Assembly: GCA_963777965.1 (NCBI GenBank)
Contig: CAVZSS010000018.1
Location: 64,928-128,927 of the forward strand
Source of the DNA: an uncultured Chloroflexia bacterium
GTDB lineage: Bacteria > Chloroflexota > Anaerolineae > Anaerolineales > UBA4823
Direction: 5' to 3'
Length of the DNA stretch: 64,000 bases
How positions within the stretch are numbered: position 1 is the first letter of the stretch; every line of letters starts with the position of its first letter. The notes beneath the pieces are model-generated. The model ran no database searches, was not told where the DNA came from, and saw only the letters and a program-made list of their open reading frames with translations. This document shows positions 31,211 to 40,902 of this stretch, one piece after another. Position numbers and translations under genes: made by a program.

Positions 31211-32098
31211 TTAACTTGGGGCTAGATAGTATATAAATAGGACGGAAAGACCCCATAATAATATGGCTGCCTGCAGAGACCGGTCTGTAAACAGCACCTC
31301 CTCTGGTTCACCACCACGCTGTTCCATGTGGACAAGATAGAAATAGCGGAAGATACCATAAATTACAAAGGGAATGGTAAGCATCATGGCGTGGTTCGCT
31401 GGTAGGTTAGGGGCTGAAAACGTATACAGGCTGTATGTGATAATGGCGCTGCTGGAAACAATCAGCATGAGCTGGTCAAGTAATGATAATGAATAACCTT
31501 CCAATGACTTGCGATGTGAATTTGCATCATCTGCCAGGAGATATAACTCTGCCCGTCGTTTTCCGATCCCTAAAAATAGTGCTAAAAAGGTGGTAAACAG
31601 GTAAAGCCAGGGCGAGAATTGGTGTACCTCGATCAGCACTACGCCTGCCCCCACGCGCAAGACGTAGAAACTGGCCAGGATCATGACATCCAGGATTGGA
31701 GTGTGCTTGAGCCAGGCTGAATATACCAGGTTTAGCGCAAGGTAAATCAGACCAATCAGTGCAAATTCGGGCGATAGCCATATCGCTGAGACAAAGAAGA
31801 CCAATGCAAGCACCCCAGCAGCAATGCGCGCCGTCGAGGCTTTCAACCTTCCCGATGCAATAGGCCGCTGGCGTTTCAGTGGGTGTTTCCGGTCAGCCTC
31901 AAAGTCCATCAGGTCATTAATAATATATACCATGCTGGCCAATATACAGAAAAGCACGAAACCCAACCCAACCCGCGCGAATGCCGGCCAGTTGGTCAGC
32001 TGCTTATCGAAGATGAGGGGTATGAATAAAAGCCCATTTTTCACCCACTGGCGCGGGCGCATGCTTTGGACCAGTGGTTTTAACCATACAATCGACAT
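31211..32098 (-). CDS. UbiA-family prenyltransferase (decaprenyl-phosphate phosphoribosyltransferase-like)
   Basis: RPRQWVKNGLLF N-terminus, Asp-rich NDLMDFEADRKH, and about 8 TM segments. Confidence 0.75.
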   Translation of the reverse strand: MSIVWLKPLVQSMRPRQWVKNGLLFIPLIFDKQLTNWPAFARVGLGFVLFCILASMVYIINDLMDFEADRKHPLKRQRPIASGRLKASTARIAAGVLALVFFVSAIWLSPEFALIGLIYLALNLVYSAWLKHTPILDVMILASFYVLRVGAGVVLIEVHQFSPWLYLFTTFLALFLGIGKRRAELYLLADDANSHRKSLEGYSLSLLDQLMLIVSSSAIITYSLYTFSAPNLPANHAMMLTIPFVIYGIFRYFYLVHMEQRGGEPEEVLFTDRSLQAAILLWGLSVLFIYYLAPS

Positions 32099-32163
32099 GT
32101 ACTAATGATAGTAGCTTATCCGAGAATCGTCAATTCAGGAACTTGAGAATGGAGAAAACTTGT

Positions 32164-32192
32164 TTTACCGAAACTGGATTCTCGATTAATAT
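32164..32192 (+). promoter_or_regulatory. promoter-like element abutting the tlyA start
   Basis: TTTACC (32164..32169), 17-nt spacer, TAATAT (32187..32192). ATG 32193 is adjacent and GTG 32199 is 6 nt downstream. Confidence 0.4.
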
Positions 32193-33008
32193 ATGCATGT
32201 GAAGAAAATCCGTCTGGACCTGCTCCTGGTCGAACGTGGCTTGGCAGAGAGCCGCTCAATTGCCCAGCGCCTGGTAATGGCAGGACAGGTGCGCGTGAAT
32301 GGTGAGGTTGTGCTTCGTTCAGCCGTCAATGTTGTGCCTGATGTACGCCTTGAGGTGGAGACCAGGCAACAATTTGTCTCTCGGGGAGGCGAGAAGCTCG
32401 AGGCCGCATTAAAAGCATTTGAAGTGCATGTTGAAGGGCAAACTTGCGCCGATGTGGGTTCTTCAACCGGGGGCTTCACGGACTGCCTTTTGCAGCATGG
32501 TGCGACAAAGGTCTATGCAATAGACGTCGGGCAGGGCATCCTGGACTGGAAGCTGCGCCAGGACAGGCGTGTGATGGTCATGGAAGGCACCAATGCCCGC
32601 TATATCGATCGCCTGCCGGAGGCGGTCGGGATCATCACGATCGATGCATCCTTTATTTCATTGAAGGTATTGCTTCCAGTTATAAAGAACTGGTTTTTCT
32701 CAGAAACCCATACCCGGTCAACTGCACAAGGAATGATGATTGCTTTAATCAAACCTCAATTTGAGGCTGGCCGTCAGCAGGTCAGGCGCGGCAAGGGTGT
32801 GATCCGTGATCCTGCAATCCATCGACAGGTGTTGACGGATGTGCTGGGTTATGCTCTCCAACAAGGTTACGGAATAAGAGGCTTGATACGTTCGCCCCTG
32901 GTTGGGCCAAAGGGCAACGTTGAATTCCTGGCATGGCTCGAATATCCTGGAGAGCAGGCAAAATCAATCGATGGACTGGTTGATTTGGTGCTGGCGGAGC
33001 CTCAATAA
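32193..33008 (+). CDS. tlyA: TlyA-family rRNA 2'-O-methyltransferase (S4 + FtsJ-like)
   Basis: RLDLLLVERGLAESRSIAQRLVMAG (S4 domain), SRGGEKLEAAL and DVGSSTGGFTDCLL. The true start may be GTG 32199. Confidence 0.9.
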   Translation: MHVKKIRLDLLLVERGLAESRSIAQRLVMAGQVRVNGEVVLRSAVNVVPDVRLEVETRQQFVSRGGEKLEAALKAFEVHVEGQTCADVGSSTGGFTDCLLQHGATKVYAIDVGQGILDWKLRQDRRVMVMEGTNARYIDRLPEAVGIITIDASFISLKVLLPVIKNWFFSETHTRSTAQGMMIALIKPQFEAGRQQVRRGKGVIRDPAIHRQVLTDVLGYALQQGYGIRGLIRSPLVGPKGNVEFLAWLEYPGEQAKSIDGLVDLVLAEPQ

Positions 33009-33066
33009 GGCATACATTACCGCCCTGCCTTCCATAGGTTAAAATCGGTTATACTAAACCCCGTCA

Positions 33067-34869
33067 ATGACCTCTGAACATATTCGTAACTTCTGCATCA
33101 TTGCCCATATTGATCACGGCAAGTCCACGCTGGCCGACCGCTTGCTGCATCTCACCGGCACGGTCTCGGACCGCGATACCACGGAGCAGATCCTGGACAG
33201 CATGGACCTGGAACGTGAGAAGGGTGTGACAATCAAGGCTTCCGCCGTGCGCATGAACTACACCACCAAGGATGGTGAAATATTCGAATTAAACCTGATC
33301 GATACGCCCGGGCACGTGGATTTCGGGTATGAAGTCAGCCGAGCCTTGGAGGCTTGCGAAGGCGCATTACTGGTGGTGGATGCCAGCCAGGGGATCGAAG
33401 CCCAGACCCTCGCCAATCTTTATAGCGCGCTGGAAGCTGACCTGGAAATCATCCCGATCATCAACAAGATCGACCTGCCCTCAGCCAGACCGGATGAAGT
33501 GGCGCAGGATATCAGCAGCCTCTTGGGCACACCTCCAGGCGAGATCATACGCATTTCCGCCAAGGAAGGGACCAACATCGATGCGGTACTGGAAGTAATC
33601 GTCAGGGAAATACCTCCACCCAAAGGGGACGATAATGCCCCTTTAAGTGCGCTGATATTCGATTCACATTATGATTCTTACAAAGGGGTGGTCGCCTACG
33701 TGCGCTTGATGGATGGCACCATCAACCACACCGATATCCTGCATTTGATGGCTACTGGTTTTGATATTAAGCCAGTTGAGATTGGAATTTTTGCCCCAGA
33801 TTTGCGGCCTGTTCCCACGTTGATGGCGGGTGAAGTGGGTTATATCGCCACCGGGCTGAAGACAGTTCACGAGTGCCGGGTGGGTGATACGATCACAAGC
33901 GCGACCAATCCTGCTCCTTCCCCACTGCCTGGTTACCGCAAGGTAAAGCCGATGGTTTTCGCGGGGATTTACCCGGTGGAGGGTGAGGATTACGCCAACC
34001 TGAAGGATGCGTTGGAAAAATTGCAACTTAATGACGCCTCCCTGGTATATGAGCCTGAAACCTCCCAGGCGCTCAACTTCGGCTTCCGTTGCGGCTTCCT
34101 GGGGATGTTCCATATGGAGATCATCCAGGAACGTTTGGAACGCGAGTACAACCTGGATATCATTGTCACCTCACCATCGGTGGAATACGAAGTAGTGCTT
34201 CAAACGGGCGAGACCATCCTGATCGACTCTCCAGCTGATCTACCAGATGAAATGCTGATCGAGCAGGTTCGTGAACCGTGGATGAACATCGAAATCTTCA
34301 GCCCCACTGAATTTTATGGGGTGATCATGGAGTTGACCAAGAAAAAGCGCGGTGTGTTCATCTCGCAGGATTATCCTGCCCCCAACCGGGTGCAGCTGAA
34401 TTTTCAAATCCCACTCTCTGAGCTGATCGTTGATTTCTTTGACCTGTTGAAATCGCGCACGCGAGGCTACGCCTCGCTGGACTACCAATTTGCAGAGTAT
34501 CGGCCGGACGACTTGGTCAAGCTTGAGATCCTGGTCAATGAAGAGCCGGTGGACGCCCTGGCGACGATAGTCCACCGGGATGATGCTTATCACAAGGGGC
34601 AAGCTGTCATTACCAAACTTAAAGACGTGATTCCCCGCCAGTTATTCCTGGTGCCTATCCAGGCATACGCTGCCGGGCGTGTCATCTCGCGCGCCAATAT
34701 AAAGCCGATGCGGAAAGACGTGCTTGCCAAGTGTTATGGAGGCGATATCTCGCGTAAGAAGAAGCTGTTGGAAAAGCAAAAACGCGGCAAGAAACGCATG
34801 AAGATGGTTGGGAATGTCGAAATTCCCCAGGAGGCTTTTCTAGCGGTATTGCGCATTGGGGAGGAGTAA
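33067..34869 (+). CDS. lepA: elongation factor 4 (LepA)
   Basis: [35 protein letters not shown], and a C-terminal LepA domain. Confidence 0.97.
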   Translation: MTSEHIRNFCIIAHIDHGKSTLADRLLHLTGTVSDRDTTEQILDSMDLEREKGVTIKASAVRMNYTTKDGEIFELNLIDTPGHVDFGYEVSRALEACEGALLVVDASQGIEAQTLANLYSALEADLEIIPIINKIDLPSARPDEVAQDISSLLGTPPGEIIRISAKEGTNIDAVLEVIVREIPPPKGDDNAPLSALIFDSHYDSYKGVVAYVRLMDGTINHTDILHLMATGFDIKPVEIGIFAPDLRPVPTLMAGEVGYIATGLKTVHECRVGDTITSATNPAPSPLPGYRKVKPMVFAGIYPVEGEDYANLKDALEKLQLNDASLVYEPETSQALNFGFRCGFLGMFHMEIIQERLEREYNLDIIVTSPSVEYEVVLQTGETILIDSPADLPDEMLIEQVREPWMNIEIFSPTEFYGVIMELTKKKRGVFISQDYPAPNRVQLNFQIPLSELIVDFFDLLKSRTRGYASLDYQFAEYRPDDLVKLEILVNEEPVDALATIVHRDDAYHKGQAVITKLKDVIPRQLFLVPIQAYAAGRVISRANIKPMRKDVLAKCYGGDISRKKKLLEKQKRGKKRMKMVGNVEIPQEAFLAVLRIGEE

Positions 34870-35881
34870 GATCACTAATTCTTCAACCAGGAACAATTGG
34901 AAGCGCATTCTGCCTGGCCTGATCGTCAGCGTGGTTGCCTTGGCTGTGATAATTTCCATGCTGGATTTTAAAAAGTTTGCCCAGGTATTATTACAGGCTG
35001 ATTTACGCTTTATTTTATTAGGGATTGGTGCCTCATTACTTTGGTTGATTATCCGGGGATTTGTCTGGCGCACACTGTTGCTCAACAGGGCTTCCTACCG
35101 CGACTCCTTTCTGACAATAAACGAAGGATACCTGTTGAATAATATTCTCCCATTCCGGCTTGGAGAGATTGCGCGGGCGTTTCTCATGAGCCGCAAGGCA
35201 GGCATGAATTTTTGGCAGGTCATCCCTTCCATAATTATTGAACGCTCATTAGACCTGGCATTTGCTGCCGGCTTGTTTTTATGCACCTTACCCCTTGTTA
35301 TTGGTGTCCCTTGGGCTCAGCAGGCGGCAATAGGTATCGGCATTGTCGTGATAATCGGGTTGGGACTATTTTATATCCTGGCACGCAGCCGGGAGCGCGT
35401 CTTGGATTGGGTGGCTAAGATGGGTGAGCGCTTCAGCCTGATGAAAAAGCTGGCAGGCCGGCGTGTGATCGCTTTTTTTGACGGGCTGGCGATATTGACC
35501 GATGGCAGGTTATTCCTAAAAGCATTAGGTTGGGAAGGCCTCAATTGGCTTGTGGGAATCTTGATGTACTATTTATTTTTACACGCATTTTTCCCCCATC
35601 CAAGCTTGCTCTGGGTGATTTTTACAGTGGGCGTAGGCGCGCTTGGCATCGCTTTACCTTCCTCTCCGGGGGCGATCGGGGTGTACGAGGCTGCCTTGGT
35701 GGGGGCGCTGGCTGTCTTTGGGCTGGAGACATCTGTAACCTTTGCCTTTGCACTATCCATGCATATCATCAGTTATTTAATCACCGGGTTGATTGGCGGG
35801 TACGCCTTATACAAGGATGGCGAATCTCTTTCCAGTATGTATTCACGGCTTGGGAAGATGAAAACTGAAGGAGAGGCGTAG
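34856..35881 (+). CDS. flippase-like membrane protein (UPF0104 / lysyl-PG-synthase TM-region family)
   Basis: 8-TM ORF with [16 protein letters not shown] and [12 protein letters not shown], both typical of PF03706-type proteins (family name from memory). Confidence 0.7.
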   Translation: MGRSKITNSSTRNNWKRILPGLIVSVVALAVIISMLDFKKFAQVLLQADLRFILLGIGASLLWLIIRGFVWRTLLLNRASYRDSFLTINEGYLLNNILPFRLGEIARAFLMSRKAGMNFWQVIPSIIIERSLDLAFAAGLFLCTLPLVIGVPWAQQAAIGIGIVVIIGLGLFYILARSRERVLDWVAKMGERFSLMKKLAGRRVIAFFDGLAILTDGRLFLKALGWEGLNWLVGILMYYLFLHAFFPHPSLLWVIFTVGVGALGIALPSSPGAIGVYEAALVGALAVFGLETSVTFAFALSMHIISYLITGLIGGYALYKDGESLSSMYSRLGKMKTEGEA

Positions 35882-35932
35882 AGCTGGAAAGGGTGAGACA
35901 TTATCCCACTCTGATCCGTCATTCTTATTAGC

Positions 35933-37087
35933 ATGCGAATATTAACCGCCCTCACCTATTACCGCCCATATTATTCCGGGCTGACGATATATGCTGAAAG
36001 GCTTGCCCGTGCCCTGGTGGGACGTGGTCATCAAGTGACCGTTTTGACCTCGCGTTATGACCCCAGCTTGCCTGCCCGAGAGCTTCTTGACGGCGTGCAG
36101 GTCATTCGCTCATACATATTAATGAATATCAGCAAGGGCGTGCTCATGCCTACAATGTTCTATTCGGCATGGGTAAATATCCAGAAAGCGGATGTCGTTC
36201 ACCTGCACCTGCCACAGCTGGATGCCGCATACATTGCATGGATTGGCCACCTGCTCAAGAAACCTGCTGTACTTACCTACCATTGTGACCTGCTCCTTCC
36301 ACCAGGGTTAATTCATTCCTTTGCCAACCATGTATCTCACTTGGCTAACAAAATATCTATGCGCTATGCCAACCAGGTGGTGGTGAACACAATGGATTAT
36401 GCGGAACAATCTTTATTTTTACGTCAATACCTCCCAAAAATCCGTGCCATACCAACCCCGGTGGAGCTGTTGACCCCGACCCAGGCAGATGAACACTCCT
36501 TGAAGCTCAAAGCCGGAGTGGAGCCGGGGCAGCGTATCATTGGCATGGTAGCCCGACTGGCAGCCGAGAAAGGGGTGGAATACCTGGCAGGAGCGATGCC
36601 AGAAATCCTAAAAAAACACCCGAATGCACGCGTGTTGTATGTTGGGCAATTTCAAAATGTGTTGGGTGAGGAGGTTTATATAAATAAGCTGCGCCCGATG
36701 ATCGATGCCTTGGGTGACCGGTGGACATTCCTGGGGATATTGCCCCCTGGGGAGCTGGCTGCTTTTTACCGGCAATGTGATGTAACCGTCTTGCCCAGCA
36801 CAAACAGCACTGAATCGTTTGGAATTGTGCAGGTGGAGTCGATGTCCTACGGAACACCCGTAGTTGCTTCCGATCTACCTGGTGTGCGCCAACCGGTGAA
36901 GATGACTGGTATGGGGCGCGTGGTACCTCCGGCCGATGCACACGCCTTGGCTGAGGGGATCAGTGAAGTGCTGTCCCACCCCGAACAGTATAACGGGGAT
37001 GTGGATGCTCTGATTAATACATATTCTCCTCAACATACCGCACAGGAGTACGAGTCAGTTTTTCAGGAAGTGCTCAGAAACCGTTAA
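35933..37087 (+). CDS. glycosyltransferase family 4 (GT-B)
   Basis: MRILTALTYYRPYYSGL N-terminus and the E-x7-E region ESFGIVQVESMSYGTPVVASD. Confidence 0.85.
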   Translation: MRILTALTYYRPYYSGLTIYAERLARALVGRGHQVTVLTSRYDPSLPARELLDGVQVIRSYILMNISKGVLMPTMFYSAWVNIQKADVVHLHLPQLDAAYIAWIGHLLKKPAVLTYHCDLLLPPGLIHSFANHVSHLANKISMRYANQVVVNTMDYAEQSLFLRQYLPKIRAIPTPVELLTPTQADEHSLKLKAGVEPGQRIIGMVARLAAEKGVEYLAGAMPEILKKHPNARVLYVGQFQNVLGEEVYINKLRPMIDALGDRWTFLGILPPGELAAFYRQCDVTVLPSTNSTESFGIVQVESMSYGTPVVASDLPGVRQPVKMTGMGRVVPPADAHALAEGISEVLSHPEQYNGDVDALINTYSPQHTAQEYESVFQEVLRNR

Positions 37088-37151
37088 ATTACCATGCAGC
37101 AGGATCGCGATTTTCGTACGAATACCATTGTGACTCAATGCCCAAACATCT

Positions 37152-37937
37152 ATGGATAATAAAGACTTCTTGTGGTTAAACCTGCGTGACCTGCCATATT
37201 TCCGAGCCATGCTCAGGGCGGTGGAAGCACGGTTTTATCAAGACCTTGAGCTGGATGCGCCGACACTCGACCTTGGTTGTGGAGATGGTCATTTTGCTTC
37301 CATTACCTTCGACCGTAAATTGGAGGTGGGATTAGATCCGTGGGCGGGTCCGATCCAACAGGCATCTAAAAGTGGCGGATATTGCTCACTCGTTCAGGCA
37401 GACGGGGGCAGGATTCCCTTCCCGGATGGGTACTTTGCCAGCGCTCTCAGCAACTCAGTGCTTGAACACATCCCACAGGTCCAGGCTGTATTGGCAGAGT
37501 TGCGGCGGGTGTTGAAGCCTGGGGCACAATTTTTATTCTGTGTACCCAACCCGCGTTACCTGAGTGAGCTATCCATCCCGGCAATGCTTGCAAAGGTTGG
37601 ATTGAAGGCTACCGGTCAGGCATACAGGGATTGGTTCCGGCGCATGTCACGCGTTGAGCACGCCGAATGGCCTGAGACCTGGCAGAATTGGCTCGAATGT
37701 GCTGGTTTTCGGTTGGAAAAATGGTGGCATTATTTTTCACCCCAGGCGATGCGTGCGCTGGAATGGGGTCACTACTTGGGTGCTCCCACGCTGCTTCCCC
37801 ACGCCGTCAGCAAGAAATGGATCATTGCTCCCTGGCGTTGGAGTTTATTCCTGACCGAGCGATACGCAAGGAGGTACACGGTTGCCGAGCCAGATTCTCA
37901 AGGGACTTTCACATTTTATGTTTCCAGAAGTATCTAG
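37152..37937 (+). CDS. class I SAM-dependent methyltransferase
   Basis: Motif I LDLGCGDGHF, plus post-I and post-II regions (VLEHIP, LKPGAQFLF). Confidence 0.8.
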   Translation: MDNKDFLWLNLRDLPYFRAMLRAVEARFYQDLELDAPTLDLGCGDGHFASITFDRKLEVGLDPWAGPIQQASKSGGYCSLVQADGGRIPFPDGYFASALSNSVLEHIPQVQAVLAELRRVLKPGAQFLFCVPNPRYLSELSIPAMLAKVGLKATGQAYRDWFRRMSRVEHAEWPETWQNWLECAGFRLEKWWHYFSPQAMRALEWGHYLGAPTLLPHAVSKKWIIAPWRWSLFLTERYARRYTVAEPDSQGTFTFYVSRSI

Positions 37938-37942
37938 CCTCC

Positions 37943-38683
37943 ATGAGCCAAACCGATTCTAAAGGCCAGCCTTTCAATCAAGATTACTTCTCTACCGGGC
38001 CATATGCAGGGGTAGACTTTACCCGTTACAGCCAATACTGGTGGTCAAACCGGTACTATGCCAGGCTTGCTCAGCGGTATGGACCGCCCCAGGGGAAGGT
38101 ACTGGAGCTGGGTTGTGGAATGGGACACCTGCTGGCATGGTTGGTAGAACGGTACCATGTCTTTGGGTGTGATATCAACGCATGGGCCTTAGCCCAGGCC
38201 AGGTTGAACGTGCCCCAAGGAAATTTTATCCTGCTTTCTGGCGACATGCCCTACACCTTCCAGGAGGCAGTTTTTAATATTGTAATTGCTAAACATGTCG
38301 TTGAGCATCTAGCTCGCCCTGAGCAGGCGCTCGCTGAGATGGCACGTGTGCTTAAACCGGGTGGTTTGCTGATTCTGGTAACCCCAAATCTCAGCTCACC
38401 GATGCGTGAGCGAAAAAAGGGGGATTGGATCGGCTACAAGGATCCCACTCACATCAGCCTGAAACCTCCGGAAGAGTGGCTTACGTCCCTGCGTTGCCAC
38501 GGGTTGCGTCCTCGCAAGGTATTCTCAGACGGTTTTTGGGATGCCCCGTATATCCCGATTGTTCCTAGCGCCCTTCAAAAGCTGGTCTTCGGCTTTCCAG
38601 GGGGCTTGCAAGCTATTCTTGGATGGAGTATTATTCCCCTTCGTATGGGTGAAAGCTTGATCATCCTGGCGGAAAAAGCATGA
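37943..38683 (+). CDS. class I SAM-dependent methyltransferase
   Basis: Start ATG 37943 (MSQTDSKGQPF...). Motif I LELGCGMGHL, plus VVEHLARP and LKPGGLLILV. The longer ORF-track start at 37688 lies inside the previous gene. Confidence 0.8.
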   Translation: MSQTDSKGQPFNQDYFSTGPYAGVDFTRYSQYWWSNRYYARLAQRYGPPQGKVLELGCGMGHLLAWLVERYHVFGCDINAWALAQARLNVPQGNFILLSGDMPYTFQEAVFNIVIAKHVVEHLARPEQALAEMARVLKPGGLLILVTPNLSSPMRERKKGDWIGYKDPTHISLKPPEEWLTSLRCHGLRPRKVFSDGFWDAPYIPIVPSALQKLVFGFPGGLQAILGWSIIPLRMGESLIILAEKA

Positions 38684-40875
38684 ATCACGAGCCATCGGTT
38701 CTGGATTACGTAAAATCAATTTTTCGTGGGAAACCTATTAAGATTCCTGCCGCAGACGAATCAGCGTTGCCTTCTCAGCCATTGGTAGAACAGCCTCTAG
38801 AGCAGCCTGTTATGGCAGATGAACAGGCAGCGCCTGCTCCAGCCCCAGAAGTTCCTGCGAGAAGGTTCACCCTTCCTTGGCGCTCACTGTTGGCGCTTGG
38901 GCTGGCAATGGCAGCTCAAATTTCTCTAGAGCCTGGCGCTAACCGCACCTGGATGCCTGGAGTCATTTTGTATGTGCTGTCTGCTGCTTGCTTGGTTTGG
39001 GCGGTCTTGAAAGGAGAATTGAGCCCCACCGAACTGCCCGAAGAGCAAGGCAAAAATGAAGATTACCGGGTGCGCGCCCGATGGCTGTACATCAGCCTGC
39101 CCCTTGCTCTGGCAGCATTCCTCACCCTGGGAGGCAACCGCTTTAACGCCCTGAATGTCACTTTATGGGTGCTCGCAGCCATTTTTACATGCCTGGCGTT
39201 TTGGCAGGGGGAATATCCATTTATTGGTTGGTGGCGATGGCTGAAAGAACATTTTCACCTGCCCTGGAAGTTGTCCATCCCAGCCTGGACGTTGCTGGTG
39301 GTGGCATCTGTCCTTCTGGTGTTGTTCTTTCGTGCGTATCGGATCGACCAGGTGCCACCTGAGATGGTCAGTGACCATGCAGAGAAGTTGTTGGATGTTT
39401 GGGATGTCCTGCATGGGCAGACCAGCATTTTCTTCCCGCGTAATACCGGGCGTGAAGCTCTCCAGATGTATTTGACTGCAGGTATTATCCAATTTTTACG
39501 CACAGGCTATACATTCCTCAGCCTGAAGATTGGCATGCTCCTGGCAGGCTTGTTGACTTTGCCTTATCTATACCTGCTGGGGAAAGAACTAGGCAATAAA
39601 CGGGTGGGTTTATTTGCCCTGTTGTTTGCAGGCATGGCATACTGGCCGAATGTCATCTCACGCGTGGGGCTGCGTTTTTCACTCTACCCCCTGTTTGTCG
39701 CTCCTGTGTTGTATTACTTGATTTGTGGGATTTGTACTTCCAACCGCAACGATTTCATCCTGGCAGGTCTGTTTTTGGGAATCGGCTTGCATGGATACGT
39801 ACCCATCCGCATTCTGCCGATCGTCATACTGATCATCATCGGAACGTATTTGTTGCACCCCCAGGCCCGAGATAAGCGTATGCAGACCGTATCTGGCTTG
39901 CTGGTTCTGATCCTGGTATCGTTGATCATCTTCTTACCGTTATTACGATTTGCGATTGAATACCCTACCATTTTTGACCTGCGGGCACTCTCCCGCCTTG
40001 GGACGACGGAACGCCCATTGCCTGGTCCTGCGCTGATAATCTTCCTTAAAAACCTGTGGAATGCCTCAACCATGTACTTCTGGTCGGATGGCCAAATCTG
40101 GGTACATTCGGTCACCAACCGCCCTGCCTTGGATGTCATTTCTGCTGGATTGTACTTTCTGGGGGTAGTTCTTTTAATCGCCAGGTATGTCAGGCAACGC
40201 ATCTGGCAGGATTTGGTCCTGCTCTTTACGGTTCCCTTGTTAACGTTGCCTTCCATCCTTTCACTGGCTTTTCCAGACGAGAACCCAGCCCTGAATAGGG
40301 CTTCGGGTGCCATCATTCCGGTTTTTTTGATCATCGCGATTGCCCTGGATGGGCTGATGTCGGGTGTCGAAAGGCGAGTACCATCCAAGGCTGGGGCGAC
40401 TCTATCCTGGGCAATGGCAGTTATGTTGATCCTGATATCGGCGTTGGGTAATTATGACCTGGTTTTCAACCAATACCAGCGTTCATATGAATTATCATCC
40501 TGGAACACCTCAGAAATGGGTGAAGTGGTGCGTGATTTTGGGACAATGTACGGGAGCACTGAGACTGCCTATGTGGTGCCATACCCGTATTGGGTGGATA
40601 CGCGCCTGGTTGGTATGAATGCTGGCGACCCGACCCGCGATTATGCCATCCCACCTGATCAAATCTCTGCCACATTGAGCGACTTCCGCCCCAAGATGTT
40701 CCTTGTAAATCTTGAAGATCAAACAGGCCTGGGCTTGCTGCGCCAACTTTTCCCTCAAGGGTATCTTTCAACGTATCCATCGAAAGTTGGAAAGGATTTT
40801 TATATTTACATGGTGCCGCCCGCATCAAACAGTCCCGATGGAATTCCTGACGCAGGTTGGACAACCTCACCATAG
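38680..40875 (+). CDS. GT-C-fold (ArnT/PMT-like) polytopic membrane glycosyltransferase-like protein
   Basis: 731 aa with at least 12 TM segments. The first extracytoplasmic loop RIDQVPPEMVSDHAEKLLDVWDVLHG resembles the DE...HG loop of GT39/TIGR03663-like proteins. A C-terminal soluble domain follows. Confidence 0.6.
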   Translation: MNHEPSVLDYVKSIFRGKPIKIPAADESALPSQPLVEQPLEQPVMADEQAAPAPAPEVPARRFTLPWRSLLALGLAMAAQISLEPGANRTWMPGVILYVLSAACLVWAVLKGELSPTELPEEQGKNEDYRVRARWLYISLPLALAAFLTLGGNRFNALNVTLWVLAAIFTCLAFWQGEYPFIGWWRWLKEHFHLPWKLSIPAWTLLVVASVLLVLFFRAYRIDQVPPEMVSDHAEKLLDVWDVLHGQTSIFFPRNTGREALQMYLTAGIIQFLRTGYTFLSLKIGMLLAGLLTLPYLYLLGKELGNKRVGLFALLFAGMAYWPNVISRVGLRFSLYPLFVAPVLYYLICGICTSNRNDFILAGLFLGIGLHGYVPIRILPIVILIIIGTYLLHPQARDKRMQTVSGLLVLILVSLIIFLPLLRFAIEYPTIFDLRALSRLGTTERPLPGPALIIFLKNLWNASTMYFWSDGQIWVHSVTNRPALDVISAGLYFLGVVLLIARYVRQRIWQDLVLLFTVPLLTLPSILSLAFPDENPALNRASGAIIPVFLIIAIALDGLMSGVERRVPSKAGATLSWAMAVMLILISALGNYDLVFNQYQRSYELSSWNTSEMGEVVRDFGTMYGSTETAYVVPYPYWVDTRLVGMNAGDPTRDYAIPPDQISATLSDFRPKMFLVNLEDQTGLGLLRQLFPQGYLSTYPSKVGKDFYIYMVPPASNSPDGIPDAGWTTSP

Positions 40876-40902
40876 GCCGCTTCTTGTAAAAATACTACAT
40901 CA

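Noticed and set aside
37688-37942. 5' extension of the second methyltransferase ORF overlapping the first by 250 nt
   Set aside because: It is an alternative frame of a well-supported gene. ATG 37943, 5 nt after the upstream stop, gives a complete methyltransferase.
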